DNA of 64,000 nt from an uncultured Actinomycetota bacterium (GTDB lineage Bacteria; Actinomycetota; Actinomycetes; JAHEKZ01): contig CAVQYR010000002.1 of assembly GCA_963718235.1 (NCBI GenBank), positions 224,001 through 288,000 on the forward strand. Direction: 5' to 3'. Made by a program: the position numbers and the translations under genes. The notes under the pieces are model-generated. The model had not been told where the DNA came from and made no database searches. It saw only the letters and a program-made list of their open reading frames with translations. Shown in pieces: positions 41,299 through 51,222 of the stretch (its first letter is position 1; each line of letters starts with the position of its first letter).

Positions 41299-42639
41299 AT
41301 GTTCGACAACTCGATGGGTGTGTTGGCCGTCCTCGGCCTGATCGTCCTGATCCTGATCGTCATCGGGTCGGTGGTCAGCCGGTACCGCGTCGCCGGTCCG
41401 AACGAGGCTTTCATCATCACCGGGCGCAAGGGGAAGACCTCAGCCGACCTCTCCGGGCAGAAGGTGGTCACCGGTGGTGGCGTCTTCGTGCTGCCGTTCG
41501 TGCAACGGCTGTACGTCGTCGACCTGTCCAGCCGTCGGATCTCGGTGGCGATCCGCGGGGCGGTGAGCCGGCAGGGCATCAAGCTGAACCTGGACGGAAT
41601 CGCCATCGTGAAGGTGGGCGGGGACGAGAACTCGATCCGGGCCGCTGCTCAGCGGTTCCTGTCCCAGCAGGCCGAGATCGACGTCTTCACGACCGAGGTG
41701 CTGGCCGGGGCCCTGCGCTCGATCGTCGGCACGCTCACCGTCGAGGAGATCATCCGGGACCGCGCGTCGTTCGCCGCGCAGGTGGCCGAGGTCACCGAGT
41801 CTGCGCTGACCGGTCAGGGGCTCGTGCTGGACACCTTCCAGATCCAGGACGTCACCGACGACGGCTCCTACCTCGCCGACCTCGGTCGACCCGAGGCATC
41901 GCGGGTCAAGCAGGACGCCGAGGTCGCCGAGGCCGTGGCTCGCAAGACGTCGGAGCAGCAGCGGCTCGCGGCCGAACAGCAGATCCTGGAGGCCCAGCGT
42001 GAGTACGCGCTGAAGCAGGCCGGGATCAAGTCCGAGACCGACGCCGCCTCGGCCAACGCAGCGGCGTCGGGTCCCCTCGCCGAGGCAGCGAGCCGACAGA
42101 AGGTGCTGGCCGAGCAGGAGAAGCTCGCCGTCGCGCAGGCGTCGCTGACCGACCGCCAGCTGGACACCGAGGTACGCAAGCCGGCCGATGCCGCTCGCTA
42201 CCGGGTCGAGCAGGAGGCCCAGGCCGCGAAGATGGCGGTGATCGCCGAGGCCGAGGCCGAGCGCTCACGGCGCGCCGCGCTGGCCGAGGCGGTCAAGCTG
42301 GAAGGTGACGCCGACGCGTCAGCGATCGTGGCCAAGGGCTCGGCGGAGGCGGAGGCGATGAACAAGCGGGCCCAGTCGTTCAAGGAGTACAACGACGCGG
42401 CGATGCTTCAGATGGTGGTCGAGATCATGCCCGAGGTCGCGGCCCGGATCGCTGCCCCCATGGGATCGATCGACCAGCTGACCGTCATCTCCACCGATGG
42501 CGCAGGGGCCCTGCCCAAGCAGGTCACCTCGAACATGGCCCAGCTGCAGCAGCTGCTGAAGGACACGCTGGGCGTCGACATCGCGGCGATGGTCAACCAG
42601 CGGGCCGGGGGCTCGACCGCGCAGGACCCTCCTGCGTGA
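41299..42639 (+). CDS. Flotillin (SPFH domain) protein
   Basis: RYRVAGPNEAFIITG, GGGVFVLP, AAQRFL, GALRSIVG and EA-rich coiled coil. Confidence 0.92.
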   Translation: MFDNSMGVLAVLGLIVLILIVIGSVVSRYRVAGPNEAFIITGRKGKTSADLSGQKVVTGGGVFVLPFVQRLYVVDLSSRRISVAIRGAVSRQGIKLNLDGIAIVKVGGDENSIRAAAQRFLSQQAEIDVFTTEVLAGALRSIVGTLTVEEIIRDRASFAAQVAEVTESALTGQGLVLDTFQIQDVTDDGSYLADLGRPEASRVKQDAEVAEAVARKTSEQQRLAAEQQILEAQREYALKQAGIKSETDAASANAAASGPLAEAASRQKVLAEQEKLAVAQASLTDRQLDTEVRKPADAARYRVEQEAQAAKMAVIAEAEAERSRRAALAEAVKLEGDADASAIVAKGSAEAEAMNKRAQSFKEYNDAAMLQMVVEIMPEVAARIAAPMGSIDQLTVISTDGAGALPKQVTSNMAQLQQLLKDTLGVDIAAMVNQRAGGSTAQDPPA

Positions 42640-42648
42640 GGGGCGTCG

Positions 42649-42730
42649 GCCCGGGTGGCGCAACTGGTGGACGCAGGAGGCTTAAACCCTCCGGCCGCGA
42701 GGCATGCGGGTTCGAATCCCGCCCCGGGCA
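42649..42730 (+). tRNA. tRNA-Leu (TAA), bldA-type
   Basis: GCCCGGG/CCCGGGC acceptor, GGAGG-CTTAAAC-CCTCC anticodon arm, long variable arm and GGTTCGAATCC. Confidence 0.93.
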
Positions 42731-42820
42731 CCGGAACACATCTTCGGGTGTTGTGCGTTACCGTAGGGGAACGTCCACCGCGCGCCTGGCGCGCTGAGCA
42801 GAAAGGGCCGATCGGTCCCG

Positions 42821-43681
42821 ATGCAGAGCAACAACCCCGTCTTGACCCGGATGGAAGCCGACGCCAAGCGCAACGGCGGATATGCCGGCTTCGGCGCGAC
42901 CACCGCCACCGCGCCCCTTCCTGGCGCCCCGCAGGCCACTCCGCAGAGCGCTCCCCCCGGTTACGAGGTGCCGGCCGGTACGCCGACCGGTCCCGTCGCG
43001 GGCGGGGCCACGATGGCCATGCCCGACGTGATCGCCAAGACCTTCCTGATGTTCGCCGTCCTGCTGCCGTTCGCAGTGGGTGCCTGGATCGTCGACGTCC
43101 CGTTCATCGTCTACTTCGTGGCGATGTTCGCTGCGCTCGGTGTCGGGATCTGGGCCTCGGTCAAGCGTGAGCCCAGCCCACCGCTGTTCCTGCTGTACGC
43201 CGCACTAGAGGGTGTCGTCCTGGGGGCGATCAGCAAGATCTTCAACCAGTGGGCGATCAGCAACGGGGCCGAGAGCGGCATCGTGGGCACGGCGATCGTC
43301 GCCACCCTGGTGATCTTCGCCCTCATGCTCGGTCTCTACACCACGCGCATCGTCAAGATCTCGAGCAAGACCAGGCGGATGTTCATGGTGGCCGTGGGCG
43401 GGTACCTGATCCTGTCGCTGGCCAGTCTGTTCGCCGGGCTCTTCGGGGTCGGTGACGGTTTCGGCTTCTACGGTCTGGGCTGGATGGGTATCGCCTTCGC
43501 CGTGCTCGGTGTGGGGCTCGCGTCCTTCTCCCTCGTCATGGACTTCGACGCGATCGAGTCGATGGTCGACGCCGGGGTTCCCGAGAAGGAGTCGTGGCGC
43601 GCGGCCTTCGGCCTGGTCGTCACGTTGGTGTGGCTCTACCTCGAGCTGCTGCGCCTGCTCGCTCTGCTGCAGAGTCGATGA
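42821..43681 (+). CDS. Bax inhibitor-1/YccA family membrane protein
   Basis: SNNPVL, YAALEG, LVMDFD and AFGLVVTLVWLYLELLRLL motifs. Confidence 0.9.
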   Translation: MQSNNPVLTRMEADAKRNGGYAGFGATTATAPLPGAPQATPQSAPPGYEVPAGTPTGPVAGGATMAMPDVIAKTFLMFAVLLPFAVGAWIVDVPFIVYFVAMFAALGVGIWASVKREPSPPLFLLYAALEGVVLGAISKIFNQWAISNGAESGIVGTAIVATLVIFALMLGLYTTRIVKISSKTRRMFMVAVGGYLILSLASLFAGLFGVGDGFGFYGLGWMGIAFAVLGVGLASFSLVMDFDAIESMVDAGVPEKESWRAAFGLVVTLVWLYLELLRLLALLQSR

Positions 43682-43732
43682 CGGGCACCGTTCCCCGCCG
43701 GACCACGCGCGCGATCTGCGCGTAGGACCGAA

Positions 43733-43773
43733 ACGAAGGCCGCCGTCCCGTTCGCACGGGCGGCGGCCTTCGT
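43733..43773. terminator. Hairpin terminator between convergent genes
   Basis: ACGAAGGCCGCCG..CGGCGGCCTTCGT stem with TTCG-containing loop. Confidence 0.75.
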
Positions 43774-43801
43774 CGTCTCTGGGTGACGTCAGGGGCGGAG
43801 G

Positions 43802-44035
43802 TCAGACAGTGCGTCGCTGCGCGCGCACCTTGTCGTACTCGTGCACCACGGCCGTGGCGTAGCTGTGCGGCAGGTCGTACTCGTCCTGCAGCCAGTGGAC
43901 CCGCTCCTCGAACCGGGTGAGGGCGGGACCGTCCTGGACGACCTGGTACCACTCGTTCATGTCGCGCCCGGTGGCCTTCGGCAACCGGGCCACGAGATTC
44001 GCGTGGGTCTCCTCCGAGTGGTGCAGCGACGACAT
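43802..44035 (-). CDS. DUF4287-like small protein
   Basis: HSEETHANLVARLPKATGR..W..RFEERVHWL..H.YA.A.VHE. Confidence 0.75.
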   Translation of the reverse strand: MSSLHHSEETHANLVARLPKATGRDMNEWYQVVQDGPALTRFEERVHWLQDEYDLPHSYATAVVHEYDKVRAQRRTV

Positions 44036-44157
44036 GGGCCCCTCCTCGACACCTGCGGTCGGCACCCCGCCGACCTCCTAACCGTGCCTCACCGGGCGGC
44101 GCGGCACAAGCCCCGTTCGGCTGCCACTCTCGGGCCGTTGGTCGCTACCCTCCCGGA

Positions 44158-44574
44158 GTGTCCGGAGACCCCTCGGTCGAGGCCCTCGACGACGCCGTCC
44201 GCCGGCTGGCCGACCGGCTGCGCTCCCTCGGCGCACCACGCCTCGGACGGGCGCCGACGTCGCAGGCTGTCGACGGTGAGGCCGACGCCAGGAGCGTGGC
44301 CGACCAGGCCCACGCCCTGGCCGGCGAGCTGGCCGCTCTGGACGTAGGGGCCGCCCGACGCTCCGACCCGACCCAGCCGATCGTGCCCGTCGTCCCGCGG
44401 CTGTCCGACTTCGCCGTGGGGGACCAGGTGGCGGTGTGCGGAGCTTCGTGCGTGGCCTCGGTTCGAGAGATCCCGCTCGAGACCCTCGTGTGGTGGGGTG
44501 GTTCACGGCTGCCTCTGGGGCCGCTCGCGGCCCGGCTCGCGCAGTGGGCGCGCGACCTACGCCTGGCCGTCTGA
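44158..44574 (+). CDS. Hypothetical protein
   Basis: LADRLRSL..VPRLSDFAVGDQVAV; leaderless TACCCT -10 at 44146. Confidence 0.6.
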   Translation: MSGDPSVEALDDAVRRLADRLRSLGAPRLGRAPTSQAVDGEADARSVADQAHALAGELAALDVGAARRSDPTQPIVPVVPRLSDFAVGDQVAVCGASCVASVREIPLETLVWWGGSRLPLGPLAARLAQWARDLRLAV

Positions 44575-45573
44575 CCCGCTGTCGGACGTGGCCTCGACGC
44601 CACGGCGCAGCCGCAGCGAAGCGAGCCGGCCCCAGCGGCTGGGGCGAGCGTCGCTGACCTCGGCCCCGGGCACGTCGACGGCTTCGGCTGCGGCCTGGGC
44701 CACCGCGAGCGTCGGTGTGCTGGTGGCCGCTGGGCCGACCTCGTCCTCGGGCCCGTATCCCAGCGAGGCCAGCATGCTGGGAGTCATCGCCTCGGCCACC
44801 GCCCGGTAGCCGTCGGCCGAGGGATGGAAGCGGTCGGGACCGAAGTAGACCTCGGGGCTGGTCGCGAACCCAGCCCCGAGCAGGTCGGCCAGGGCCACCG
44901 AGCGTCCACCGGCCTGCACCACGCCGACGGTCTGCGCGGCGGCCAGGGAGCGGCTCCACTGGCGGGCGACGAGCTTCAGCGGGTGGGGGATGGGGCGCAC
45001 CGTGCCCAGGTCGGGGCAGGTGCCCACGACGACCTCGACCCCGGCACTGCGCAGCCGGCGGACGGCGTGCGCGAGCAACCGCACGGAGACCGCGGGCGGG
45101 ACGGCATGGGTGACGTCGTTGGCCCCGACCACGATCGCGACGACGTCAGGGTGCCAGCGCACTGCGACGTTGACCTGCGCGGTGAGCTGCGCACTCTGTG
45201 CCCCGACCACCGCGAAGCACCGGTAGTCGACCGGGCGACCCGCGCCGTCGGCCAGCCCCTGGGCCAGGACGGCGCCGGTGGTCTGCCCGGGTGCATCGAC
45301 CCCGAAGCCTGCCGCCCCGGAGTCGCCGAGCACCGCCAGGCGGAGCGGCTCTGGTCCCTCGGAATCGGCGAGCCGTGCACCGGCTGCCGCCTCACGCGGG
45401 TGGTAGCGACCGTCGGCCGTCAGCGGCGCCTGCGAGGCCGGGCCGATCAGGTGTCGGGCGAACCAGGCCTCACCCACGAGGACGGCGAAGACCGCCGACC
45501 CGGCGCCGACCAGGCCGCCACCCCCGTACGCCGCGGCCTTGGCGATGGCGGCGGCTCGACTGGCCCGACTCAC
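44557..45573 (-). CDS. SGNH/GDSL hydrolase
   Basis: LGDSGAAG, GANDVTH and DRFHPS motifs. Confidence 0.9.
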   Translation of the reverse strand: MSRASRAAAIAKAAAYGGGGLVGAGSAVFAVLVGEAWFARHLIGPASQAPLTADGRYHPREAAAGARLADSEGPEPLRLAVLGDSGAAGFGVDAPGQTTGAVLAQGLADGAGRPVDYRCFAVVGAQSAQLTAQVNVAVRWHPDVVAIVVGANDVTHAVPPAVSVRLLAHAVRRLRSAGVEVVVGTCPDLGTVRPIPHPLKLVARQWSRSLAAAQTVGVVQAGGRSVALADLLGAGFATSPEVYFGPDRFHPSADGYRAVAEAMTPSMLASLGYGPEDEVGPAATSTPTLAVAQAAAEAVDVPGAEVSDARPSRWGRLASLRLRRGVEATSDSGSDGQA

Positions 45574-45583
45574 GGGGCTCGAC

Positions 45584-46318
45584 TCACTGGGCCCGGCGGG
45601 CCGTCCGCAGGAACCTGCGTACGGTCTCCCGCGCGTTGACGCTCACCTGGGGCCCGTGGGTGAACGCCGCGGTCGTGTACTCCAGCTCCCCGAGCACCTC
45701 GGCCGTCTGCTGGGTCAGGCGGACATCAGTGCAGAACGCCAGCACCGGCCAGGTGATCCGGCGCCGCATGTTCCAGATCGCGTCACCGGTGACCAGCACA
45801 CCCGATGCCTCGTGGAGCAGGGCGACGTGCCCGGGCGTGTGCCCTGGGGTGTGGACCACCCGGATGCCGCCCGCCACGGGAAGGAGGTCGCCGTCGGCGA
45901 CGGTCTCGGCGACGGTGACCGGAGGGAACGTGCCGAACCGGTCGTTCATCGGCCGGAGCCACGACGGACCGCTGAACCCGGGGTCCCGAGGAGGGCTTTG
46001 TCCACGTCGCGCGAAGTCGGCATCGGCGTCGTGGATCGTGACCCCGGAGGTGCTGGTAGCGGCAAGCATGGCCGCCGCCGCGCCGGCGTGGTCGCTGTGC
46101 GCATGGGTGAGCACGATCCGCTGCACGTCCTCGACGGCGCGACCCATGGCCGCGAGACCTGCCCGGATCCGCCTCGACGCACCGAACCGGAGGCCGCAGT
46201 CGACGAGAGTGACCGAGCCGTCGTCCTCGGTGAAGGCGAAGGTGTTCACCAGGTCGGCCGGTGCGGTCGGGATGCGCCAGACGCCGTCGGCCATGCGGAT
46301 CGCTGCAGGTGCCGTCAC
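45584..46318 (-). CDS. MBL-fold metallo-hydrolase
   Basis: LTHAHSDHAG, HTPGHTPGH and TGDA motifs. Confidence 0.88.
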   Translation of the reverse strand: MTAPAAIRMADGVWRIPTAPADLVNTFAFTEDDGSVTLVDCGLRFGASRRIRAGLAAMGRAVEDVQRIVLTHAHSDHAGAAAAMLAATSTSGVTIHDADADFARRGQSPPRDPGFSGPSWLRPMNDRFGTFPPVTVAETVADGDLLPVAGGIRVVHTPGHTPGHVALLHEASGVLVTGDAIWNMRRRITWPVLAFCTDVRLTQQTAEVLGELEYTTAAFTHGPQVSVNARETVRRFLRTARRAQ

Positions 46319-46420
46319 TTGTCCCTCACGAGCCCCTCTTCGTGCGTAGCCTGGGTACGACCGTACCCAGCCACCCCCGGACACCGTGACGGGTCCGCCT
46401 GACGCCGTAGGCTCCACACC

Positions 46421-47794
46421 GTGCAGGTCTTTGACTCCGTCGTCGATCTCATCGGCGACACCCCGCTGGTCCGGCTCAGCAAGGTGACCGCGGGTATCGC
46501 CGCCCCCGTCTACGCCAAGGTCGAGTACGTCAACCCCGGCGGCTCGGTCAAGGACCGGATCGCCGTCGCGATGATCGAGGCGGCCGAGTCCGAGGGACTG
46601 TTGAAGCCCGGGGGAACGATCGTCGAGCCGACCTCGGGCAACACCGGTGTGGGTCTTGCCCTGGTGGCCCAGCAGAAGGGGTACCGCTGCGTCTTCGTGG
46701 TCCCGGACAAGGTCTCGCAGGACAAGATCAACGTCCTGCGGGCCTATGGGGCCGAGGTCGCGGTGTGCCCCACTGCCGTGGCGCCTGAGCACCCGGAGTC
46801 GTACTACAACGTCAGCGACCGGCTTGCCCGGGAGATCCCTGGTGCGTGGAAGCCCGACCAGTACTCCAACCCGAACAACCCGGCCTCGCACTACGCCTCG
46901 ACCGGTCCGGAGCTGTGGGTGCAGACGGATGGGCGGATCACCCACTTCGTGGCCGGCATCGGCACCGGGGGGACCATCACCGGGACGGGGCGCTACCTCA
47001 AGGAGGTCTCCGGCGGCGCTGTGAAGATCATCGGTGCCGACCCGGTGGGCTCGGTCTACTCGGGAGGCACCGGGCGTCCGTACCTGGTCGAGGGTGTCGG
47101 CGAGGACTTCTGGCCCACCGCCTACGACCCGACCGTCGTGGACGAGGTGGTCGCGGTGAGCGACGGCGACTCGTTCGCGCTCACCCGGCGGCTGGCCCGG
47201 GAGGAGGGGCTGCTCGTCGGTGGCTCGTGCGGCATGGCTGCCTCCGCAGCGCTGACTGTTGCGGCCCGTCTCGGCCCGGATGCCCTGGTTGTGGTGCTGC
47301 TCCCGGACTCCGGGCGCGGCTACCTGTCCAAGGTGTTCAACGACGAGTGGCTGGCTCACTACGGGTTCCTGCCCGAGGGCGATGCCGGACGAACGGTAGG
47401 CGACGTCCTACGCACCAAGCAGGGCGACCTGCCTCCGCTCGTGCACACCCACCCCAACGAGACGTTGGCCGAGGCGATCGAGATCCTGCGCGAGTACGCC
47501 GTGTCCCAGATGCCCGTCGTTCGGGCCGAGCCACCCGTCATGGCGGCTGAGGTCGCCGGGTCGGTCGTCGAGCGCGATCTGCTCGACGCGCTGTTCACCG
47601 GACGAGCCCACCTGGCGGACCGGGTCGAGGACCACATGTCGCCACCTCTGCCGGGAATCGGTTCCGGCGAGCCGGTCTCGGCGGCGGTCTCCGCGCTGGA
47701 GCGGGCCGACGCCCTCGTCGTCCTCGATGACGGACGCCCGGCCGGGGTGCTGACCCGGCAGGACCTCCTGGGCTTCCTCGCGACCCCGGGCTGA
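46421..47794 (+). CDS. cbs: Cystathionine beta-synthase with CBS domains
   Basis: NPGGSVKDR, EPTSGNTG, GTGGT and C-terminal CBS pair. Confidence 0.95.
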   Translation: MQVFDSVVDLIGDTPLVRLSKVTAGIAAPVYAKVEYVNPGGSVKDRIAVAMIEAAESEGLLKPGGTIVEPTSGNTGVGLALVAQQKGYRCVFVVPDKVSQDKINVLRAYGAEVAVCPTAVAPEHPESYYNVSDRLAREIPGAWKPDQYSNPNNPASHYASTGPELWVQTDGRITHFVAGIGTGGTITGTGRYLKEVSGGAVKIIGADPVGSVYSGGTGRPYLVEGVGEDFWPTAYDPTVVDEVVAVSDGDSFALTRRLAREEGLLVGGSCGMAASAALTVAARLGPDALVVVLLPDSGRGYLSKVFNDEWLAHYGFLPEGDAGRTVGDVLRTKQGDLPPLVHTHPNETLAEAIEILREYAVSQMPVVRAEPPVMAAEVAGSVVERDLLDALFTGRAHLADRVEDHMSPPLPGIGSGEPVSAAVSALERADALVVLDDGRPAGVLTRQDLLGFLATPG

Positions 47795-47873
47795 CCCGCT
47801 CGATCACCCCGGCGGGCCAACAGATCGTCGACCGGACCCGCCGCTCTTCGTGAGGACGACCCGCTGGGGCCAC

Positions 47874-49517
47874 TCAGGAGTCCGGCTGGCGGGTGGACCG
47901 GTCCAGCTGCGCCTCGATGTGGCGCTCGGCGATGTCATGCCCAGCCGTCCCGGCGACGGCCAGAAGGAACGGCTCGCGGTCGATGCGCCACAGCCGACTG
48001 GCCGTGTCGGCTTGCACAGTGGCTGCTCGCGGGGTCGCGCGCAGCAGCGCTATCTCCCCGAAACCGCTCCCCGGACCGACCCGCTCGGTGGAAGGAAGCT
48101 GGGCGAAGCTCACCGTCAGCTCCCCGTCCTCGATGACGTAGTAGGACTCGCCGGCTTCCCCCTGCCGGATCAGCACGTCGCCAGGCTCTGCCGTGACCAG
48201 GGTCGCTCCGTGCGCCAGGCTCTCGAGAGCGGGGGCGTCGAGAACGGCCAGGAACTCGATCCCCTGGAGAAGGGCGACCACCTGGGGGCGGTAGGTCGAG
48301 GCGGCTTCCAGACGTCGCGCCGCCGGCCACGCGGCCAGGGCCAGAACGGTCAGGCCGGCTCCGAGGACCGCGTACGCACTGGCCGCGCCGAAGGTCTCGA
48401 TCAGCACCGGTGCCACGACCGCGCCTGCGGCGAAACCCCCGAGGAACGCCGACTCCCGCAGAGCCATGATCCGGGCCATCAGGGCGTTGGACACAGCCCG
48501 CTGCAACAACGTGATCCCAGCGACTCCGAAGAAGGCCATCCCGGCCCCGACCAGGACCAGGAGCACGACCGCCGGAAGCAGGTTGCTGATCACGGTGAAC
48601 GCCAGCATCGGGACCGCTCCGGCCGCCAGGCTTGCGACCACCGCCAGCGACATCCGCCTCCAGCGGACCAGCACGATCGCTCCCGCGGCTCCGAGGATCC
48701 CCCCGAGTCCGGAGGCGCCGATGAGCAGTCCGGCCACGGCCTCCCCTTGGGCGAGGTACTCGTTGACGAAGGCGATCGCCAGCAGCTGCAGAGATCCCTC
48801 GGCCACGAACTCCAGCCCGACCACGAGCAGGATGATCGCCACCGACGGCCGTCGGACCAGCTCGGTGGTGAGCCGTGCGGTCGTGGTCGCCACTCCCTCG
48901 GCCTGTGCCCCGGTCGGCGCACCCAACCGGACCCCGGTCAGGAGGAGGGCACAGACGACCGCTACAACGGCAAACATGGTCACTGCAGCGGAGGGGCCGC
49001 CCACGGACGCGCTCACTCCCGCGAGGACCGGCCCGAGGAAGTACCCAGCACCCTGCAGGGTTCCGGACAGTGAGTTCGCGGCGGCAGCGTCAGCCGGCGT
49101 CCGGGACAGCTCGGTGGCGGCGGCGTAGTGCGCCGGCCGGGTCCAGGCCACCAGCACGCACCACAGGGTCGCGGACGCCACGATGGCGCTCTTGGGCGCA
49201 CCGGTGGTGAGCAGCGTCGCCAGGAGTCCCATCGATGCGGCGTGTGCGAGGTACCCGCCCCGAAGCACGAGGTCGCGCCGCATCCGGTCTGCGACCACCC
49301 CACCGACCGGTGCCAGCAGCGCCGCCGGGACCAGCTGGAGCACCGAGACCAGCCCGGCGAAGGCGGGCCCGCCGACCTGGTATGCCCACAGCAGGACGAC
49401 GACCCACAGCCCCATCTCGTACACGGTGAACAACCCGTAGGCAGCCTCCAGGCGCACTAGGGCAGGGTTGCGGGCCACGGCCAGCACCGAGCGACGAACG
49501 GCTCCTGCTTGGGCCAC
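47874..49517 (-). CDS. MFS transporter fused to cyclic-nucleotide-binding domain
   Basis: About 12 TM segments, then LIRQGEAGESYYVIEDG..GFGEIALL..PRAATV. Confidence 0.88.
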   Translation of the reverse strand: MAQAGAVRRSVLAVARNPALVRLEAAYGLFTVYEMGLWVVVLLWAYQVGGPAFAGLVSVLQLVPAALLAPVGGVVADRMRRDLVLRGGYLAHAASMGLLATLLTTGAPKSAIVASATLWCVLVAWTRPAHYAAATELSRTPADAAAANSLSGTLQGAGYFLGPVLAGVSASVGGPSAAVTMFAVVAVVCALLLTGVRLGAPTGAQAEGVATTTARLTTELVRRPSVAIILLVVGLEFVAEGSLQLLAIAFVNEYLAQGEAVAGLLIGASGLGGILGAAGAIVLVRWRRMSLAVVASLAAGAVPMLAFTVISNLLPAVVLLVLVGAGMAFFGVAGITLLQRAVSNALMARIMALRESAFLGGFAAGAVVAPVLIETFGAASAYAVLGAGLTVLALAAWPAARRLEAASTYRPQVVALLQGIEFLAVLDAPALESLAHGATLVTAEPGDVLIRQGEAGESYYVIEDGELTVSFAQLPSTERVGPGSGFGEIALLRATPRAATVQADTASRLWRIDREPFLLAVAGTAGHDIAERHIEAQLDRSTRQPDS

Positions 49518-49654
49518 CAGAACTCCCGGGTCCGCCCCCCGCTGCGATCGTGGACGACCCCAGCATGTCGGATCGTCGTCCCGAGGAGACCTCCACGGCG
49601 AACCGACCCCGCGGAGCGCTGTTGCCCCAGGAGCTGCGGGCGTAGCGTCGTCGG

Positions 49655-50422
49655 ATGGCGTTCGAGGTCTCTGCCGAGGCTTACGCGCAGTTCATGGGCC
49701 GGTACTCACTTCCGCTGGCAACCGCGTTCGCCGATCTCGTCGCGGTGCGTGCGGGTCAGCGGGTCCTGGACGTCGGCTGCGGTCCCGGAGCGCTGACCGA
49801 GGTGCTGGTGGGTCGGGTCGGCTCAGAACGGGTTTGCGCGGTCGACCCGTCGCAGTCGTTCGTCGACGCACTCCGGTCGACGGTCCCTGAGGTGCAGGTG
49901 ATGCGCTCGGTCGCAGAGGACCTACCCTTCGCGGACGCCCAGTTCGATGCCGCGCTGGCCCAGCTGGTCGTCCACTTCATGACCGACCCTGTGGCCGGAC
50001 TCGGCGAGATGGCCCGGGTGACCCTGCCCGGCGGGACCGTTGCGGCAAACGTGTGGGACCACGCAGGCGAGCGAGGTCCTCTGTCCTCGTTCTGGCGGGC
50101 TGCGAAGGAGATGGACCCGTCGGTGCAGTCAGAGGCCCACCTGGCGGGGGTCGCGGAGGGGCAGCTTCTCGCGCTGTTCGAGGCGGCCGGGATGCCGAAC
50201 GCGTCAGCGACGGCCCTGTCGGTGGCCGTCGTCCACCCCAGCTTCGACGAGTGGTGGGATCCGTTCACGCTCGGCGTCGGACCGGCCGGCGACCACGTCG
50301 CGCGACTCGGTACCGGGGAACGAGAGCAGCTGAGGCAGCGCTGTCGCAGCCTGCTGCCGGCGCCGCCGTTCACGGTTGAGGCGATCGCCTGGACCGTGTG
50401 GTGGCGCAAGCCGATGACGTGA
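49655..50422 (+). CDS. Class I SAM-dependent methyltransferase
   Basis: YAQFMGRYS, VLDVGCGPG and AEDLPF motifs. Confidence 0.88.
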   Translation: MAFEVSAEAYAQFMGRYSLPLATAFADLVAVRAGQRVLDVGCGPGALTEVLVGRVGSERVCAVDPSQSFVDALRSTVPEVQVMRSVAEDLPFADAQFDAALAQLVVHFMTDPVAGLGEMARVTLPGGTVAANVWDHAGERGPLSSFWRAAKEMDPSVQSEAHLAGVAEGQLLALFEAAGMPNASATALSVAVVHPSFDEWWDPFTLGVGPAGDHVARLGTGEREQLRQRCRSLLPAPPFTVEAIAWTVWWRKPMT

Positions 50423-50463
50423 GTCGGGGCCGAGGCGCCGTTACGCCGGTATCCGGCCCTGGG

Positions 50464-51093
50464 TCACCCAGGGAAGGCGACTCCGGTCGACGAGTGGCAG
50501 TCGTAGCCGTGCGGGTTCTTGGCCAGGTACTGCTGGTGGTACGGCTCGGCGTAGTAGAACTCCGGTGCGGCCATGATCTCGGTGGTGATGGTTCCGAGCC
50601 GGACGCCGTCGAGGGCCTTCTGGTAGGCCTCGCGGGTGGCCTCGGCCTCGCGCCGCTGCTCCGGCGTCGTCCAGTAGATGGCCGAGCGGTACTGCGTGCC
50701 GACGTCGTTGCCCTGCCGATAGCCCTGGGTGGGGTCGTGGTTCTCCCAGAACAGGCGCAGCAGGTGGCGTTCGCTCACCACCGTGGGGTCGTAGACCACC
50801 TTGACCGCCTCGGTGTGCCCGGTGCGCCCGCTGCACACCTCGTCGTACGTTGCGTGCGGGGTGGAACCGCCTTGGTACCCCACCGCGGTGGTCAACACCC
50901 CCGGTACCTGCCAGAACGTCTTCTCGACCCCCCAGAAGCACCCCATGCCCAGGTAGAGGACGGCCGACCCCGCTGGTTCCACGGTCAGGGAGGTGCCGAG
51001 CACCACGTGCCGCTCGGGCAGGGCGAAGTCCGGGCCGAGGCGCCCGTCGAGGGCCTCCTCGGCGCTGGGCACGGTCGCGCGGCGTCCGAACAT
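50464..51093 (-). CDS. msrA: Peptide methionine sulfoxide reductase A
   Basis: [23 protein letters not shown] and AEPYHQQY motifs. Confidence 0.96.
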   Translation of the reverse strand: MFGRRATVPSAEEALDGRLGPDFALPERHVVLGTSLTVEPAGSAVLYLGMGCFWGVEKTFWQVPGVLTTAVGYQGGSTPHATYDEVCSGRTGHTEAVKVVYDPTVVSERHLLRLFWENHDPTQGYRQGNDVGTQYRSAIYWTTPEQRREAEATREAYQKALDGVRLGTITTEIMAAPEFYYAEPYHQQYLAKNPHGYDCHSSTGVAFPG

Positions 51094-51222
51094 CAGGCTT
51101 CCTCCTCGGGGTGGGTGCTCCCACGCTCAACCACGGGCACGGGGGTGCCGATTCCCAGTCTGCGGTCGTCACTCGCCCAGCGCACTGCGGGGCGGTGAGG
51201 GGGGTGCGGAGGGAGAACGTGG

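Noticed and set aside
42731-42820. tRNA-Leu as an integration site
   Set aside because: No integrase and no duplicated tRNA 3' end noticed in the window.
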